DNA from: Candidatus Latescibacterota bacterium
Lineage (GTDB): Bacteria > Latescibacterota > UBA2968 > GCA-2709665
Length of the DNA: 64,000 nucleotides
Reading direction: 5' to 3'
Assembly: GCA_965226795.1 (NCBI GenBank)
Contig: CBDDDZ010000005.1
Coordinates: forward strand, 2,592,001 to 2,656,000
Shown here: in pieces, positions 27,862 to 37,742 of the stretch
Layout: each line of letters begins with the position of its first letter
How positions within the stretch are numbered: position 1 is the stretch's first letter
Program-made: the position numbers and the translations under genes
Notes under the pieces: model-generated
Database searches by the model: none
What the model saw: the letters and a program-made list of their open reading frames with translations, nothing else
Told to the model about the DNA's origin: nothing

Positions 27862-29383
27862 ATGTTCAGAAGAATTCGCCGTGCGTTCGTCCTCACACTT
27901 GCCGCAGGCCTTGGTATGGGCTGCGGTGGCGAACCCCCGACGACGCCACAGAATACTCGGGCAGAGAAACCCATAGCCCAGCCGTTGGGCAAACTGGCCG
28001 ACGATGAAAACAAGACGCAGGCCGTAGCGGTAGCGCGCCTTCGGCAGGACCAGTCACCGGTAAGCGGCACAACCGTTGAGTTCGCGCGGTCGGCCTCGGG
28101 CAGGGCGGCCAGCTACGAGTGGACCGGTACGACAGATGGCCGCGGGCAGGCGCGAGTTGAGGTCGGCCGTGTGCAGACGGGCGGATACTTTCGCGCGCAA
28201 GCCCTGAAGGACGGGGTCCTGATCGGGTCGTGGTCGAGCATCCGGATTAACCGTGGCGTCGAAGTCACGGTCGAACTACCGGTTGGCGCAAGGGCACGCG
28301 TTACGGGTACAACCGAACTGACGCCGGGCGGTCTCCCCGGGGAAATCGCGATCGGTGTCGTCGCGCCGCTAACAGGCAGGCAGACCCAATACGGGGCGGC
28401 CATTAGAAGCGGGCTTGAACTCGCTCTCAAAGAGATCAACGCCACTTCGACACTGGGGGGCGCAAGTATCGTGTTCATTGTAGAGGACTCACGGGGCACA
28501 GCGCAGGGCGCCGTCGACGCGTTCAACAAGCTGATTTTTCAGGATTACGTACCCGTCATCCTCGGCCCGGCCCTCTCCACCGAAGCCAAAGAGGCATTTC
28601 CCGCCGCGCAGCAGAACCAGGTTGTAGCCTTTAGTACTGACGTCAGCAGCCGCGGGGTTGAGCGCAATAGGAGACTTTATCTTCCGTGCGAGTCTGAGTG
28701 TTGAACTGCTCATCCCGGGAGGCGTCGCCAGGACAAGTGAAAAACTGGTCTACCGAAAGGTGGCCCTGATGGTGGACTCGACGGACGTCTTTTCCCGGAG
28801 CAGCGACCAGGCGCTGAGAAGCACACTCGCGGAAGTCGGTATCGAAATCCTGGCGAGAGAGACATTTGGAACTGACGATAGCACCTTTGCCGATCAATTG
28901 GCAAGAATAAGGGGCCTGAACCCGCATGCGGTCTTCGTTTCCGCTTTATCGCGGCAACGGATTCAAATTCTGGTCCAGGGCCGGAGCCACGGCATTTCTG
29001 CCAACGTCCCCTTCATTGTGCCAGTGATGACCCAGGATGAAGTTCAGGCCGCAGGCGATGCGGCGGAAGGTGCAATCGCCTTTACGGGCTGGACGGGCGC
29101 GGCATCCACACCTGGAAATCAATCTTTCGTTGAAAATTACAGGACGAATTTCGGCGCTGAACCGAACAGGTGGGCGGCACAGTCGTACGCCGCGCTGCAT
29201 GTGCTCTCTGAGGCGATCGCAGATGCCCGATCCACAGATCCCGGCGCGATTCGTAACGCGATGGCGGAAATCTCGGACCTGGACACCATATTGGGCCAAT
29301 TCTCGTTCGACGTCAACGGAGACGCCGTTTACGATCCTAATGTACTGATCGTGAGAAACGGAAAATACGAGGTATTCGAGTAA
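27862..29383 (+). CDS. Lipoprotein: N-terminal beta-sandwich module + LivK-like (PBP type 1) substrate-binding domain; frameshift near 28639
   Basis: Lipobox LGMGC; IGVVAPLTG..YG, VEDS, AAQSYAA, TILGQFSFD..GD. Removing one base gives VVAFSTTSAAAGLSAIGDFIFR. Confidence 0.82.
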
Positions 29384-29412
29384 CGTAAACGAACAACAGG
29401 AGGAGAAATACG

Positions 29413-30237
29413 ATGTGCGAGATGCCGGTTGGTGTCATGATGAGCGTCGGATGGACAGTCGACCAACTCAGGGAAATCCGTGATCTGGGATTCGGAAACG
29501 TACAGATTGCCGCCCCTTCTGAGGATGTCCTGGACGATAAACTCAGTCGTGCCGGGCTGATTCGAGACATTCATTCGGTTGGCATTGAAATTACCACCGT
29601 CTTCGCGGGGTTTTCAGAAGAAAGTTACGCTGACATTCCCACGATCACCGAAACGGTGGGGTATCTCAATCCATCCCTCCGGGAGGAACGCATTAAAAAA
29701 ACCGGGCGCATTTCCGATTTTGCAAGAGCGCTCGGCGTTGACAATGTGGCCGCACATATCGGCTTCGTCCCGGAAGACCCGGATCACCCTGACCACCATG
29801 CGATGGTTGAATGTGTGAGAAGACTAGCGGACTTCTGCGGTGGGAACGCGCAGGACTTCTGCCTGGAAACCGGTCAGGAAACGGCTTCCGCGCTGCGCCA
29901 CTTTCTTGAAACGCTGAATCGAAACAACGTGAAAGTCAACTTCGATCCCGCCAATATGATCCTTTATGGAAGTGGAGACCCCATCGAAGCCCTCGGTATT
30001 GTGGCCGACTACGTCGTCAGCGTCCACGCGAAAGACGGAAAGTGGCCCCCGGGCGAAGGACAACTCGGTCGAGAGTACCCTCTCGGGCAGGGGGACGTTG
30101 GTATGGATCGTTTCATTGCCAAACTTAAACAGATCGTATACCGTGGTCCAATCACCATGGAACGCGAAATCCCGGATTGGGACCAAAAGGTGAAGGACTT
30201 GATCCAGGGCAAAAAACTCCTGGAAAGCCTGACGTAG
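29413..30237 (+). CDS. Sugar phosphate isomerase/epimerase (AP-endonuclease-2 TIM barrel)
   Basis: LETGQE, NFDPANMILYG, VHAKDG, TMERE; RBS AGGAGGAG. Confidence 0.88.
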   Translation: MCEMPVGVMMSVGWTVDQLREIRDLGFGNVQIAAPSEDVLDDKLSRAGLIRDIHSVGIEITTVFAGFSEESYADIPTITETVGYLNPSLREERIKKTGRISDFARALGVDNVAAHIGFVPEDPDHPDHHAMVECVRRLADFCGGNAQDFCLETGQETASALRHFLETLNRNNVKVNFDPANMILYGSGDPIEALGIVADYVVSVHAKDGKWPPGEGQLGREYPLGQGDVGMDRFIAKLKQIVYRGPITMEREIPDWDQKVKDLIQGKKLLESLT

Positions 30238-30261
30238 CGGATGCCGGTTGGGCCTGACACG

Positions 30262-30345
30262 CAAAAACGCCCTTTCTCCGTAGAGTAACCTTTTGGCGGG
30301 AGGGAAGGTCCAAAAGGACAACGACGGGAGAAAGGGCGTATCTAT
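30262..30345 (-). ncRNA. Candidate small RNA: long hairpin with CCUUCCCUCCC loop and U-tract
   Basis: Stems ACGCCCTTTCTCC/GGAGAAAGGGCGT and CCTTTTGG/CCAAAAGG; upstream TGAAAC-16-CGTA promoter. Confidence 0.45.
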
Positions 30346-30350
30346 GTCCT

Positions 30351-30378
30351 TATACGTCTGCGCCTTGTCAGAGTTTCA
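30351..30378 (-). promoter_or_regulatory. ECF-sigma-type promoter
   Basis: TGAAAC-16 bp-CGTATA. Confidence 0.5.
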
Positions 30379-30538
30379 ACATAAACGGAATCCGCTTCGG
30401 CGACAACGCCACCTGGCAGGGGTCTCGTTGACGATATCACATTGGCGTCTCAGATTCGGAAGATACGTCCTTCTTCTGACAACCACGCCCGGTGCGGCTT
30501 CATGTCGGCTATGGCGATGAACGATCGTTCGCACCGCC

Positions 30539-31432
30539 TCAGAAATACTTCCCGACGCCAATTGACAGGGAGAATCCACTCAGGTCTCCGGGGCTGCCCA
30601 GCGCATCCGAGAAACGCGCCAGGGTGTAACGCCCGTCGGTCGTTACGGCCAGATCCTTGTCCTTTCCAAATCGAACATTAAGCCCTGACAGAACATACCC
30701 GCCCAGCGTGAACGAAATATTCGAGAATCCGCCAACCGGACTCCCCCATTGCGTCAGCCTCACATCCATGCCGTTATACCCGCCTCCCGTCCCCGTACCG
30801 AAGTCCAATCCGCCAGAAGGGTAACCGCCGTAGCCGCCCCGATGGTCGAATCGAACGTAGGGTCCCACTCCGAACCCGACGTGGGGCACAATTCGTCTCT
30901 TCACCCCAAACTGCCGCTGCAGCCCCACCGGCATCGATATGAGTGTCACGCGCTGCACCCCGGGACGCAGATGCTCGCCAAGCTTCTCCGAGGCTTGCAG
31001 CGGACCAAACGTCATATATTCGTTCCCCGCAATCAGCCGAAGGAGCGGTGAGAGCCGCCGGTCGTACCCCATACGGAATCCGAAGCCGCCCGTGGCGCTT
31101 GAGAAATACAGGCTCAATCCATTCGTATTTCTCAAGCCATTTTGCGGCATGAGAATATCTACATCCTCCGCGTATTCGGTCCACCTGACCGGACGAACCC
31201 CATCCGAAGGAACGACCAACTGTCCAAATCCGGTCGACACCGACGGAACATCGTTATCCGGACCCTTCCACGGCATCTCGCCAGCGGGGGTTTCGCCGTT
31301 GCCATCCTGAATAACGCACGCCCACACACCCACACCAGGCGCCTCCGTGAGAGGGTCTGCCTGAGACGGTGCAGGTGACGACACCGCTGCCAATATCCCG
31401 AAACAGATCAAATTCGTCAGAACGCGTCTCAT
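30539..31432 (-). CDS. Putative outer-membrane beta-barrel protein
   Basis: Signal peptide, amphipathic beta-strands (PHVGFGVGPY), C-terminal SLSIGVGKYF beta-signal, GGAGG RBS. Confidence 0.7.
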   Translation of the reverse strand: MRRVLTNLICFGILAAVSSPAPSQADPLTEAPGVGVWACVIQDGNGETPAGEMPWKGPDNDVPSVSTGFGQLVVPSDGVRPVRWTEYAEDVDILMPQNGLRNTNGLSLYFSSATGGFGFRMGYDRRLSPLLRLIAGNEYMTFGPLQASEKLGEHLRPGVQRVTLISMPVGLQRQFGVKRRIVPHVGFGVGPYVRFDHRGGYGGYPSGGLDFGTGTGGGYNGMDVRLTQWGSPVGGFSNISFTLGGYVLSGLNVRFGKDKDLAVTTDGRYTLARFSDALGSPGDLSGFSLSIGVGKYF

Positions 31433-31504
31433 TGCGCACCTCCATTTGATAGGCCATTGGCTATCCGGACCGCCTTTGGATGGCGGCAGATTTCTCGCCC
31501 GAGA

Positions 31505-32671
31505 CTATGGCGTGACGACCAGGATGCGATCGTCTTCCGTCCGTGGCTGACCGCGGCCGTCCCGGTTGCTGGTGGCCAGGTACACCTCGCCTTCGGGCCC
31601 CACCAGCACATCCCGAAGACGGCCGAACCTGCCGTTGAACCGTTCGTCCCGCGCCATGACACGTTGGCCGTCGGCGGACAGGGAAATTACCCAAAGCGCC
31701 TGCCCCTTCAACGTCGTAAGCAGAAGGCTCCCTTTCCAGGCCGGTATCAGGTCCTCGTTATATATGTCTGCGCCCGCAGTTGCGATTGTCGGCGTCCACA
31801 CAGCGAGCGGTTCCACGACATTATTTGACAAGCAAAATGCAGTCTCCCCCGTTAAGACGTCATTGTCGCAAAACCCGCGCACGTCTGGCCAACCATAATT
31901 CCGCCCTGGCAAAATCAGGTTGACCTCGTCATTGTCAAGAGGTCCGTGTTCCGTATTGTATAACAACCCTGTCGCCGGGTGAAACACGAGGCCCTGCGGA
32001 TTCCGGTGGCCGAAGGAATAGACGGCGGTGCCAAACGGATTGTCCTGCGCAGGCTGTCCTTCGAGGTCCAGTCGAAGGACCTTACCCGCCAGCGAATTCA
32101 GATCCTGTGAAAGTCCGGGAGTCTGTGCGTCACCCGTCGTCATATACAACAGTTTATCCGGACCGACCATGAGGCGCGCGCCGTCGTGATTCGGCGCTCC
32201 GGGTATGCCATTCAACAGGATTTCAGGTTGGGCCAGCGCCGTACCGTCGTATCCCATCCGGACCAGACGGTTCCGAACACCGTCGCCTGTATTATAGGAA
32301 TAAACAGCATAAACAAACGGCTGGCTCTCGAAATCCGGGTGAAACGCGATCCCCATTAATCCGCTTTCGCTCAACTCGAACGCATCGATCCGCCCAACGC
32401 TGACTTTCGCGCCCGTCGCCGTATCCACCCTGGATATCGAACCGGTGCGTTCACTCACCCAGATCTGGCCATCGGGCCCCCACGCCAGATCCCAGGGTGT
32501 GTCCAACCCCGTGACCAGAGTTCGCACCGTAAACCCATCCACCCTGTTGTCGGCTACCGACCCGACCCCGTTATCCGTAGACGGATCCTCCGGTTGGGAG
32601 TCGTTCGCACCCTTTCCGCAACCCGCTATCACAAATATCGAAAGCAATACCGCCGCGATTCGGTGTTGCAC
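31505..32671 (-). CDS. PQQ-dependent soluble aldose/sugar dehydrogenase, lipoprotein
   Basis: Lipobox IAGC; GLDTPW, HDGARL, GHRNPQG, EHGP..DEVN, GRLRDV. Confidence 0.92.
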   Translation of the reverse strand: MQHRIAAVLLSIFVIAGCGKGANDSQPEDPSTDNGVGSVADNRVDGFTVRTLVTGLDTPWDLAWGPDGQIWVSERTGSISRVDTATGAKVSVGRIDAFELSESGLMGIAFHPDFESQPFVYAVYSYNTGDGVRNRLVRMGYDGTALAQPEILLNGIPGAPNHDGARLMVGPDKLLYMTTGDAQTPGLSQDLNSLAGKVLRLDLEGQPAQDNPFGTAVYSFGHRNPQGLVFHPATGLLYNTEHGPLDNDEVNLILPGRNYGWPDVRGFCDNDVLTGETAFCLSNNVVEPLAVWTPTIATAGADIYNEDLIPAWKGSLLLTTLKGQALWVISLSADGQRVMARDERFNGRFGRLRDVLVGPEGEVYLATSNRDGRGQPRTEDDRILVVTP

Positions 32672-32748
32672 AAACGTCCTTCTCCGTTATGACACTGTTC
32701 GCACAGGTAACCTGGCCTCAGTGCTGGTCTCATCCACGGCTGCACAGG

Positions 32749-35700
32749 CTAAAACAACCCTGTGTAGTCAATGGAAAAATACTGCTTGGGATGGCCCGTT
32801 TCCGCAAAATCGGTCGGCCACGCCAAGTCGTACCGGAACAGAAACGCTCCCATATTCACTCGAGCACCGAACCCATAACCCGCCTTCAGATCCCGAAGTT
32901 CAAAGCCACCATCCCGCGCCTCCCACGGTTCGAAACTGTCCCGATTGAACGCACTACCTACGTCCAGAAACAGTTCACCCTGCACGTTTTGAAAAAATAG
33001 CGGCAGCGGCCAGCCCATCGCCAACTGCCGCAACAGGGGAAAGCGAAAAGCGACATTGGCCAGCAAAAACGAGTCGCCGGCCATCTCGAACACGTCGGTG
33101 CCGCGCAGGGGCCAGACAAAGCTGGAGAAAAATACACGTTCCCGGTCAACGGACGCGAACGTGGCGTAATTCGGATTGATCGAGTTGTTCACGCCACCCA
33201 GGAAAAAGACCTGGCTGTTCCGCCCGAAACTGGTCCCGCCGGACATTCGAATGGCGAACGTGTACTCGTCCAGCATCGGAACATATTTGCGATAGTCGCC
33301 CTGAACGGTACCGAACCGCATTCCCGCCCAACTGCCCCTTGCGGACAACCTCGCCCGGCGGCCTTTTGTTGGCCCGTAAAGGGAATACAACGCGTTGTCG
33401 TCGACAAGGTCCAGGCTGCTGATAACGGCTTTGTTGTTGGAAACCGGCGTACCGCTCCCACGCAAAACCCGTCCGGTGTAGCCTGCCCGAAAAGGCTGGT
33501 TCGAGTAAAGGCCCAGGTTTTCGCGGGAAATACTGATCGCCTGTAGACTTGCCTCAAGCCGAGTAAATCGATTGAATGGCCGCTGGAAATCAACGCCACC
33601 TCCGTAGATGCGATCGGCCACGACCTGACCGTTCGATATAAAGAAGCTTCGGGTATGAAACGCGCTGAGGTAGTAGTTGGTCTGGTGTTTGAGGTTCTGG
33701 TATCCGAGGAAGAGGTCGCTGTCTTTCAGGGAGAAGCTCAGCCCTGACTGTATGATGACGCGGTGGTCGCCCATCACGTCGGTCAGCGACAACTGGACCA
33801 GGCTGCTGACGCCGTAGAAGGTGTCGAAGCCGGCGTTGGCACCGAAGAATTCCGGTTTGAGTTTTACGCTGTATTTGTTTACCATGAACTCTTTGTTCCA
33901 GTCGCGCAGCGTCAGTTCCCTGTCGCCGTCCGTCTCCAGCGTGTCGGCCCCGGCGGCGCCTTCGTCGTCGGTGGCGCCACTGGCTTCGGCTGCCGCCAGC
34001 GCCATCTGATCCGACACCCACGTCTCCACCTTCCTGTCCGCCGCCACCGCCGCCGTGTCCTGTTCCGCACCGCCGCCAGCGCTGTCGGCCGCCGCGCTGG
34101 CCTTCACCTCTTCCTGCCTGCGCTCACGCTGCAGTTCCACGAACGGACGGTCTTCGATCCCCGCCAGACGCTTCGCATAACGCGTCAGCGGCAGATCTTC
34201 GGTCCCCCGCTTCTGCTTCAGCGGGTCCTTCATCACGAAGATGTCATAACCGCCCTTGTGAAACGTCGTAAACGCCAGCTTCCTGCCGTCGGCAGACCAG
34301 TCGATATACCGCGCCCCCGACAACAGATTGCTGATGGGATACACCTGTGAGCCGTCCACGTGCGCGATGTAGACGTTGCCCACGCCCGTCCTGTCCGATA
34401 CGAACGCCAGCTTCTGCGAGTCCGGCCCCCACGTGGGATGGCTGTCGTTCGCCTCGCTTTCCGCCACGCGACGGATCTCGCTGCCATCGCCCCGGAGTAC
34501 GAACACGTCATACGTGCCGTAAACGAAATCCTTCGACCCGTCATACGTCAGATCCGCCGACGGACGGTCCGAACTGATCGCGAGCCACTCCCCGTCAGGC
34601 GACCAGTCCAGGTGCTTCTCGTCATACGGATCACGCGTCATGCGACGCAGCGACTCGTCCGCCACGTTCACCACATACACGTCCGACCACCCGTCCTTCA
34701 ACCCCACGATTGCGATCTCCTTCCCGTCAGGCGACCACGTGGGCTCGAACAAACCGTCCAGATCGAACTTGAAGCGCTTCGTCACTCGCTTCTTCCTCAC
34801 GTCCAGCGTATACAGCGTGTTCTTGTTGCGCGACTTCGCCGCAAACGCGACCTGCCTGCCGTCGGGCGACCACGTGATGCCGGGACGCAGCACGAACAGC
34901 CCCTCGAAGTCCGACGATCGCTCACCCTCCACCAACCGTCCCAGATCCTGTCCGTCGATCGCCGACATCAGATAAATGTCGAACGTACCCTGACGCTCCG
35001 TCACATACGCGATCTTGTCGCCCTGCGGCGAAAACGACGGCGCGACATTGTAAAAACCTCGCCCCGCAGACGCTTCCGTCAACTGCTTCGCCACCTCCTC
35101 CGACGGGTGATGCAGGTTGATCTCGTTCCAATACTGACGCTTCAACCACAACTGCCACTTCTCGTCCAGCTCTTCCACACCCTCCCCCACCGACGCCTTC
35201 AGAGCCTTGTCCACAGAACGCGCCGACCGGAACGACGAGATAAACTCCGCCACCTTGTCCTTCCCATACTCCTCCTCGATCATCACGAAAACCGACTGAC
35301 CACCCTTATACGCAAACGCACCGCTCAACGCCATCATCCCCGGCACATACCCCGTGATCGTCGCGTGACGCATGAAGTTGTCACCCTCACCGTCCCACCC
35401 CCCCTGCGACAAATACTCCGCCACGCCCTCCGCAATCCACAACGGCGGCAACGTCGCCGCCTGCGTCATCATCGCACCCAGCCACCCGCCGCCCGTCCAC
35501 ATCTCCAATGTCACCACGTGCGCCAACTCGTGGTGGATCACGTGACGGAAATCGCCATAAGACCCCGTATACGGGATTACCACACGACCCTGTGCAAACT
35601 CCGTAAATCCACCCGTGAACTCCGACTGCTCCGTCGGCGTGATGTTCGTCACCGAAAAACCGTTGTGCGAGTTGTAGATCACAATCGGATATCGATCCTT

Positions 35701-35940
35701 CAGCGTATACTTCAGATCCTTCTCCAGACGTACCAGCGAACGCTCCGCCTCCTTCGCCGCAAACTCCGCCGCAGGCTGCGACGCCCGGTCAAAATAAATC
35801 TTGAAATGCTCCGTCTCCAGATAGTGCCAGTCGTAATCGTCATACGTCACCTTGTTCTTGCCAAAATACTCCTGGCCGCCAGCTATACCACACGTGAACA
35901 AACTAATGAGAATCGCAGACATCAAATTACGCCTGATCAT
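32749..35940 (-). CDS. Peptidase-MA + PD40/TolB-like propeller + Omp85 (BamA-like) barrel protein
   Basis: YFGKNKV.Y, HHELAH..WIAEGVAEY, repeated WSPDG, FFLGG..PLRG, GFGAR..RYDLAWP; AAGGAGG RBS. Confidence 0.88.
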   Translation of the reverse strand: MIRRNLMSAILISLFTCGIAGGQEYFGKNKVTYDDYDWHYLETEHFKIYFDRASQPAAEFAAKEAERSLVRLEKDLKYTLKDRYPIVIYNSHNGFSVTNITPTEQSEFTGGFTEFAQGRVVIPYTGSYGDFRHVIHHELAHVVTLEMWTGGGWLGAMMTQAATLPPLWIAEGVAEYLSQGGWDGEGDNFMRHATITGYVPGMMALSGAFAYKGGQSVFVMIEEEYGKDKVAEFISSFRSARSVDKALKASVGEGVEELDEKWQLWLKRQYWNEINLHHPSEEVAKQLTEASAGRGFYNVAPSFSPQGDKIAYVTERQGTFDIYLMSAIDGQDLGRLVEGERSSDFEGLFVLRPGITWSPDGRQVAFAAKSRNKNTLYTLDVRKKRVTKRFKFDLDGLFEPTWSPDGKEIAIVGLKDGWSDVYVVNVADESLRRMTRDPYDEKHLDWSPDGEWLAISSDRPSADLTYDGSKDFVYGTYDVFVLRGDGSEIRRVAESEANDSHPTWGPDSQKLAFVSDRTGVGNVYIAHVDGSQVYPISNLLSGARYIDWSADGRKLAFTTFHKGGYDIFVMKDPLKQKRGTEDLPLTRYAKRLAGIEDRPFVELQRERRQEEVKASAAADSAGGGAEQDTAAVAADRKVETWVSDQMALAAAEASGATDDEGAAGADTLETDGDRELTLRDWNKEFMVNKYSVKLKPEFFGANAGFDTFYGVSSLVQLSLTDVMGDHRVIIQSGLSFSLKDSDLFLGYQNLKHQTNYYLSAFHTRSFFISNGQVVADRIYGGGVDFQRPFNRFTRLEASLQAISISRENLGLYSNQPFRAGYTGRVLRGSGTPVSNNKAVISSLDLVDDNALYSLYGPTKGRRARLSARGSWAGMRFGTVQGDYRKYVPMLDEYTFAIRMSGGTSFGRNSQVFFLGGVNNSINPNYATFASVDRERVFFSSFVWPLRGTDVFEMAGDSFLLANVAFRFPLLRQLAMGWPLPLFFQNVQGELFLDVGSAFNRDSFEPWEARDGGFELRDLKAGYGFGARVNMGAFLFRYDLAWPTDFAETGHPKQYFSIDYTGLF

Positions 35941-36495
35941 AATCGGCCTCCTTACGCGTGCCGGAGTTGCGGCGGCCATCTCTTCCATGTAGCACATGGT
36001 GCCGATGGCTGTGGCACGACTTGCGTGATCTGTATCCGTCGGCGTATTTCGCTTTCGTCCAAGGCGATGGGGTGGGGGTCGGCCGCCGGGATTTTACCGC
36101 CCCCACCCCTGCTCCCGCACGATATCTGCGGGAAAACGCTATTATTAAATCCGCCGTCATTTGCTTCAAAAGGAGTTGCCGATCCGTCCTTCACACTTCA
36201 TTATTTAGAACGACGGTGGTCTCAAATCGTTCCCTCAATTTTTTCAATGACATCCGCTATCTCTTCCATATATTAGCTGCAAAGGAAGTCGAACTTCACA
36301 AATCTCGATTTAGCCTTTGTGTTGTCATTCCCTTAAAGATAAAAGGGGGACAACGACCAATTGGCGGCCCGATCGGGCGAACCACCTTGCGGATGGATTT
36401 CAGCTTCCGGAACCGTCCGGCGGTGCACGCCGAATCGCGGCATTCATTCGAACGCCCATGTCACCGTACGCCACTTTTCCGGGAACACGTAAACG

Positions 36496-37683
36496 ATGGA
36501 GAAAATGAGACTCGGCATCCTCGGCCTGCGGCGGGGCATCGCCCACCTGCGCAACTTTCTGGCCACCGAGAACGCCGAAGTCATTGCCGCTTGTGACCGT
36601 TTTCCCTACTACCGGGAACAGGCTCGTTCAATATTGGACAGGGAAGGCGCGTCAACGGAACTGTTGGCGGAGTACGACGACCTCCTGGAACGTAAACCCG
36701 ATGCCGTGGTCATTGCCAGCAACGGCAAACTTCAGGTTGAACACGCCTGCATGGCGATGGAAGCCGGCTGCCACGTTCTATCGGAAGTGCCGGGCGCAGA
36801 CACCGAACACGAACTGGTTCGCCTCCGCGAAACCGTGGAACGCACCGGACTCACTTACATGCTGGCCGAAAACGCCTGTTACGCCGGCTTTGTGCCCTAC
36901 TGGCGCAAGTGGATACAGGAAGACCGCTTCGGACCCGTCTCCATCGCAGAAGCCGAATACCTTCACTACCTGCCGCAAACGCTCTACTCGTCGGACGGCA
37001 AACGCCTTTCGCCAAGCCAGGCGCATTCCGCCGGTGGCGTGAATGCGAAACCAATATGGCGTGCCGACCAACCCCCCATCCAATACCTTACCCACGACCT
37101 GGGCCCCCTGCTGGAAATCCTGGACGATCGCGCTGTTTCGGTTACCTGCCTGAGCGCCCCCTGGCGCTGCAGGGAAGCACCATTGAGATCAGACGGCCAA
37201 ATTGCTCTGTTTCATACGCAGAAGGGCACGCTTATCAAAATCATGGTTACCCTGAACACAATTCGACCCTCCGAGCACCGCTATCGACTCTTCGGAACCG
37301 AAGGGAGCGCGGAGATGTTTACCTACGAAGAATTCACCCGTTATTTCGATAAAGGTTGCAGTCACAAAGACGGTTGGTTAGTTCTGCCGGTAAGCCGGGC
37401 CGCTGTAGACGATGCCACAGGCGGCCACGGTGGAACGGACCTGAAAGTCGCCCGGCACTTCACAAACACCGTGCTTGGCGGCCAGCCGTCTCCCATCGAC
37501 GTCTACCGCGCCATCGAATACGCGCTGCCGGGCATAATAGCGGCCCGCTCAGCGGAACTTGGCGGCGCCCCGATTGCAATCCCCGACCTGAGACGAGATC
37601 CGTTTTCCGGGACTACCTTCTGGGACACTGTACAGGTCCCCGAAACCGACCCCCCATCCACCGTTTACAGACCGCCCGTGTAA
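36496..37683 (+). CDS. Gfo/Idh/MocA family oxidoreductase
   Basis: GILGLRRG, HVLSEVP, YMLAEN, EAEYLH, GGHGGTD. Confidence 0.88.
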   Translation: MEKMRLGILGLRRGIAHLRNFLATENAEVIAACDRFPYYREQARSILDREGASTELLAEYDDLLERKPDAVVIASNGKLQVEHACMAMEAGCHVLSEVPGADTEHELVRLRETVERTGLTYMLAENACYAGFVPYWRKWIQEDRFGPVSIAEAEYLHYLPQTLYSSDGKRLSPSQAHSAGGVNAKPIWRADQPPIQYLTHDLGPLLEILDDRAVSVTCLSAPWRCREAPLRSDGQIALFHTQKGTLIKIMVTLNTIRPSEHRYRLFGTEGSAEMFTYEEFTRYFDKGCSHKDGWLVLPVSRAAVDDATGGHGGTDLKVARHFTNTVLGGQPSPIDVYRAIEYALPGIIAARSAELGGAPIAIPDLRRDPFSGTTFWDTVQVPETDPPSTVYRPPV

Positions 37684-37742
37684 TCGATCCGCCTTCATGC
37701 AGGTCCGCCGCACCTCCGTCTGGCGCCTCATATCCATCTCCC

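Noticed and set aside
36012..36025. sigma54 motif TGGCACGACTTGC
   Set aside because: The spacing between GG and GC is 2 nt too short.
34360..36276. 638 aa plus-strand ORF (also 20347-21804, 55365-56561 and similar)
   Set aside because: Antisense shadows of real genes caused by GC-biased codon usage; no recognisable motifs.
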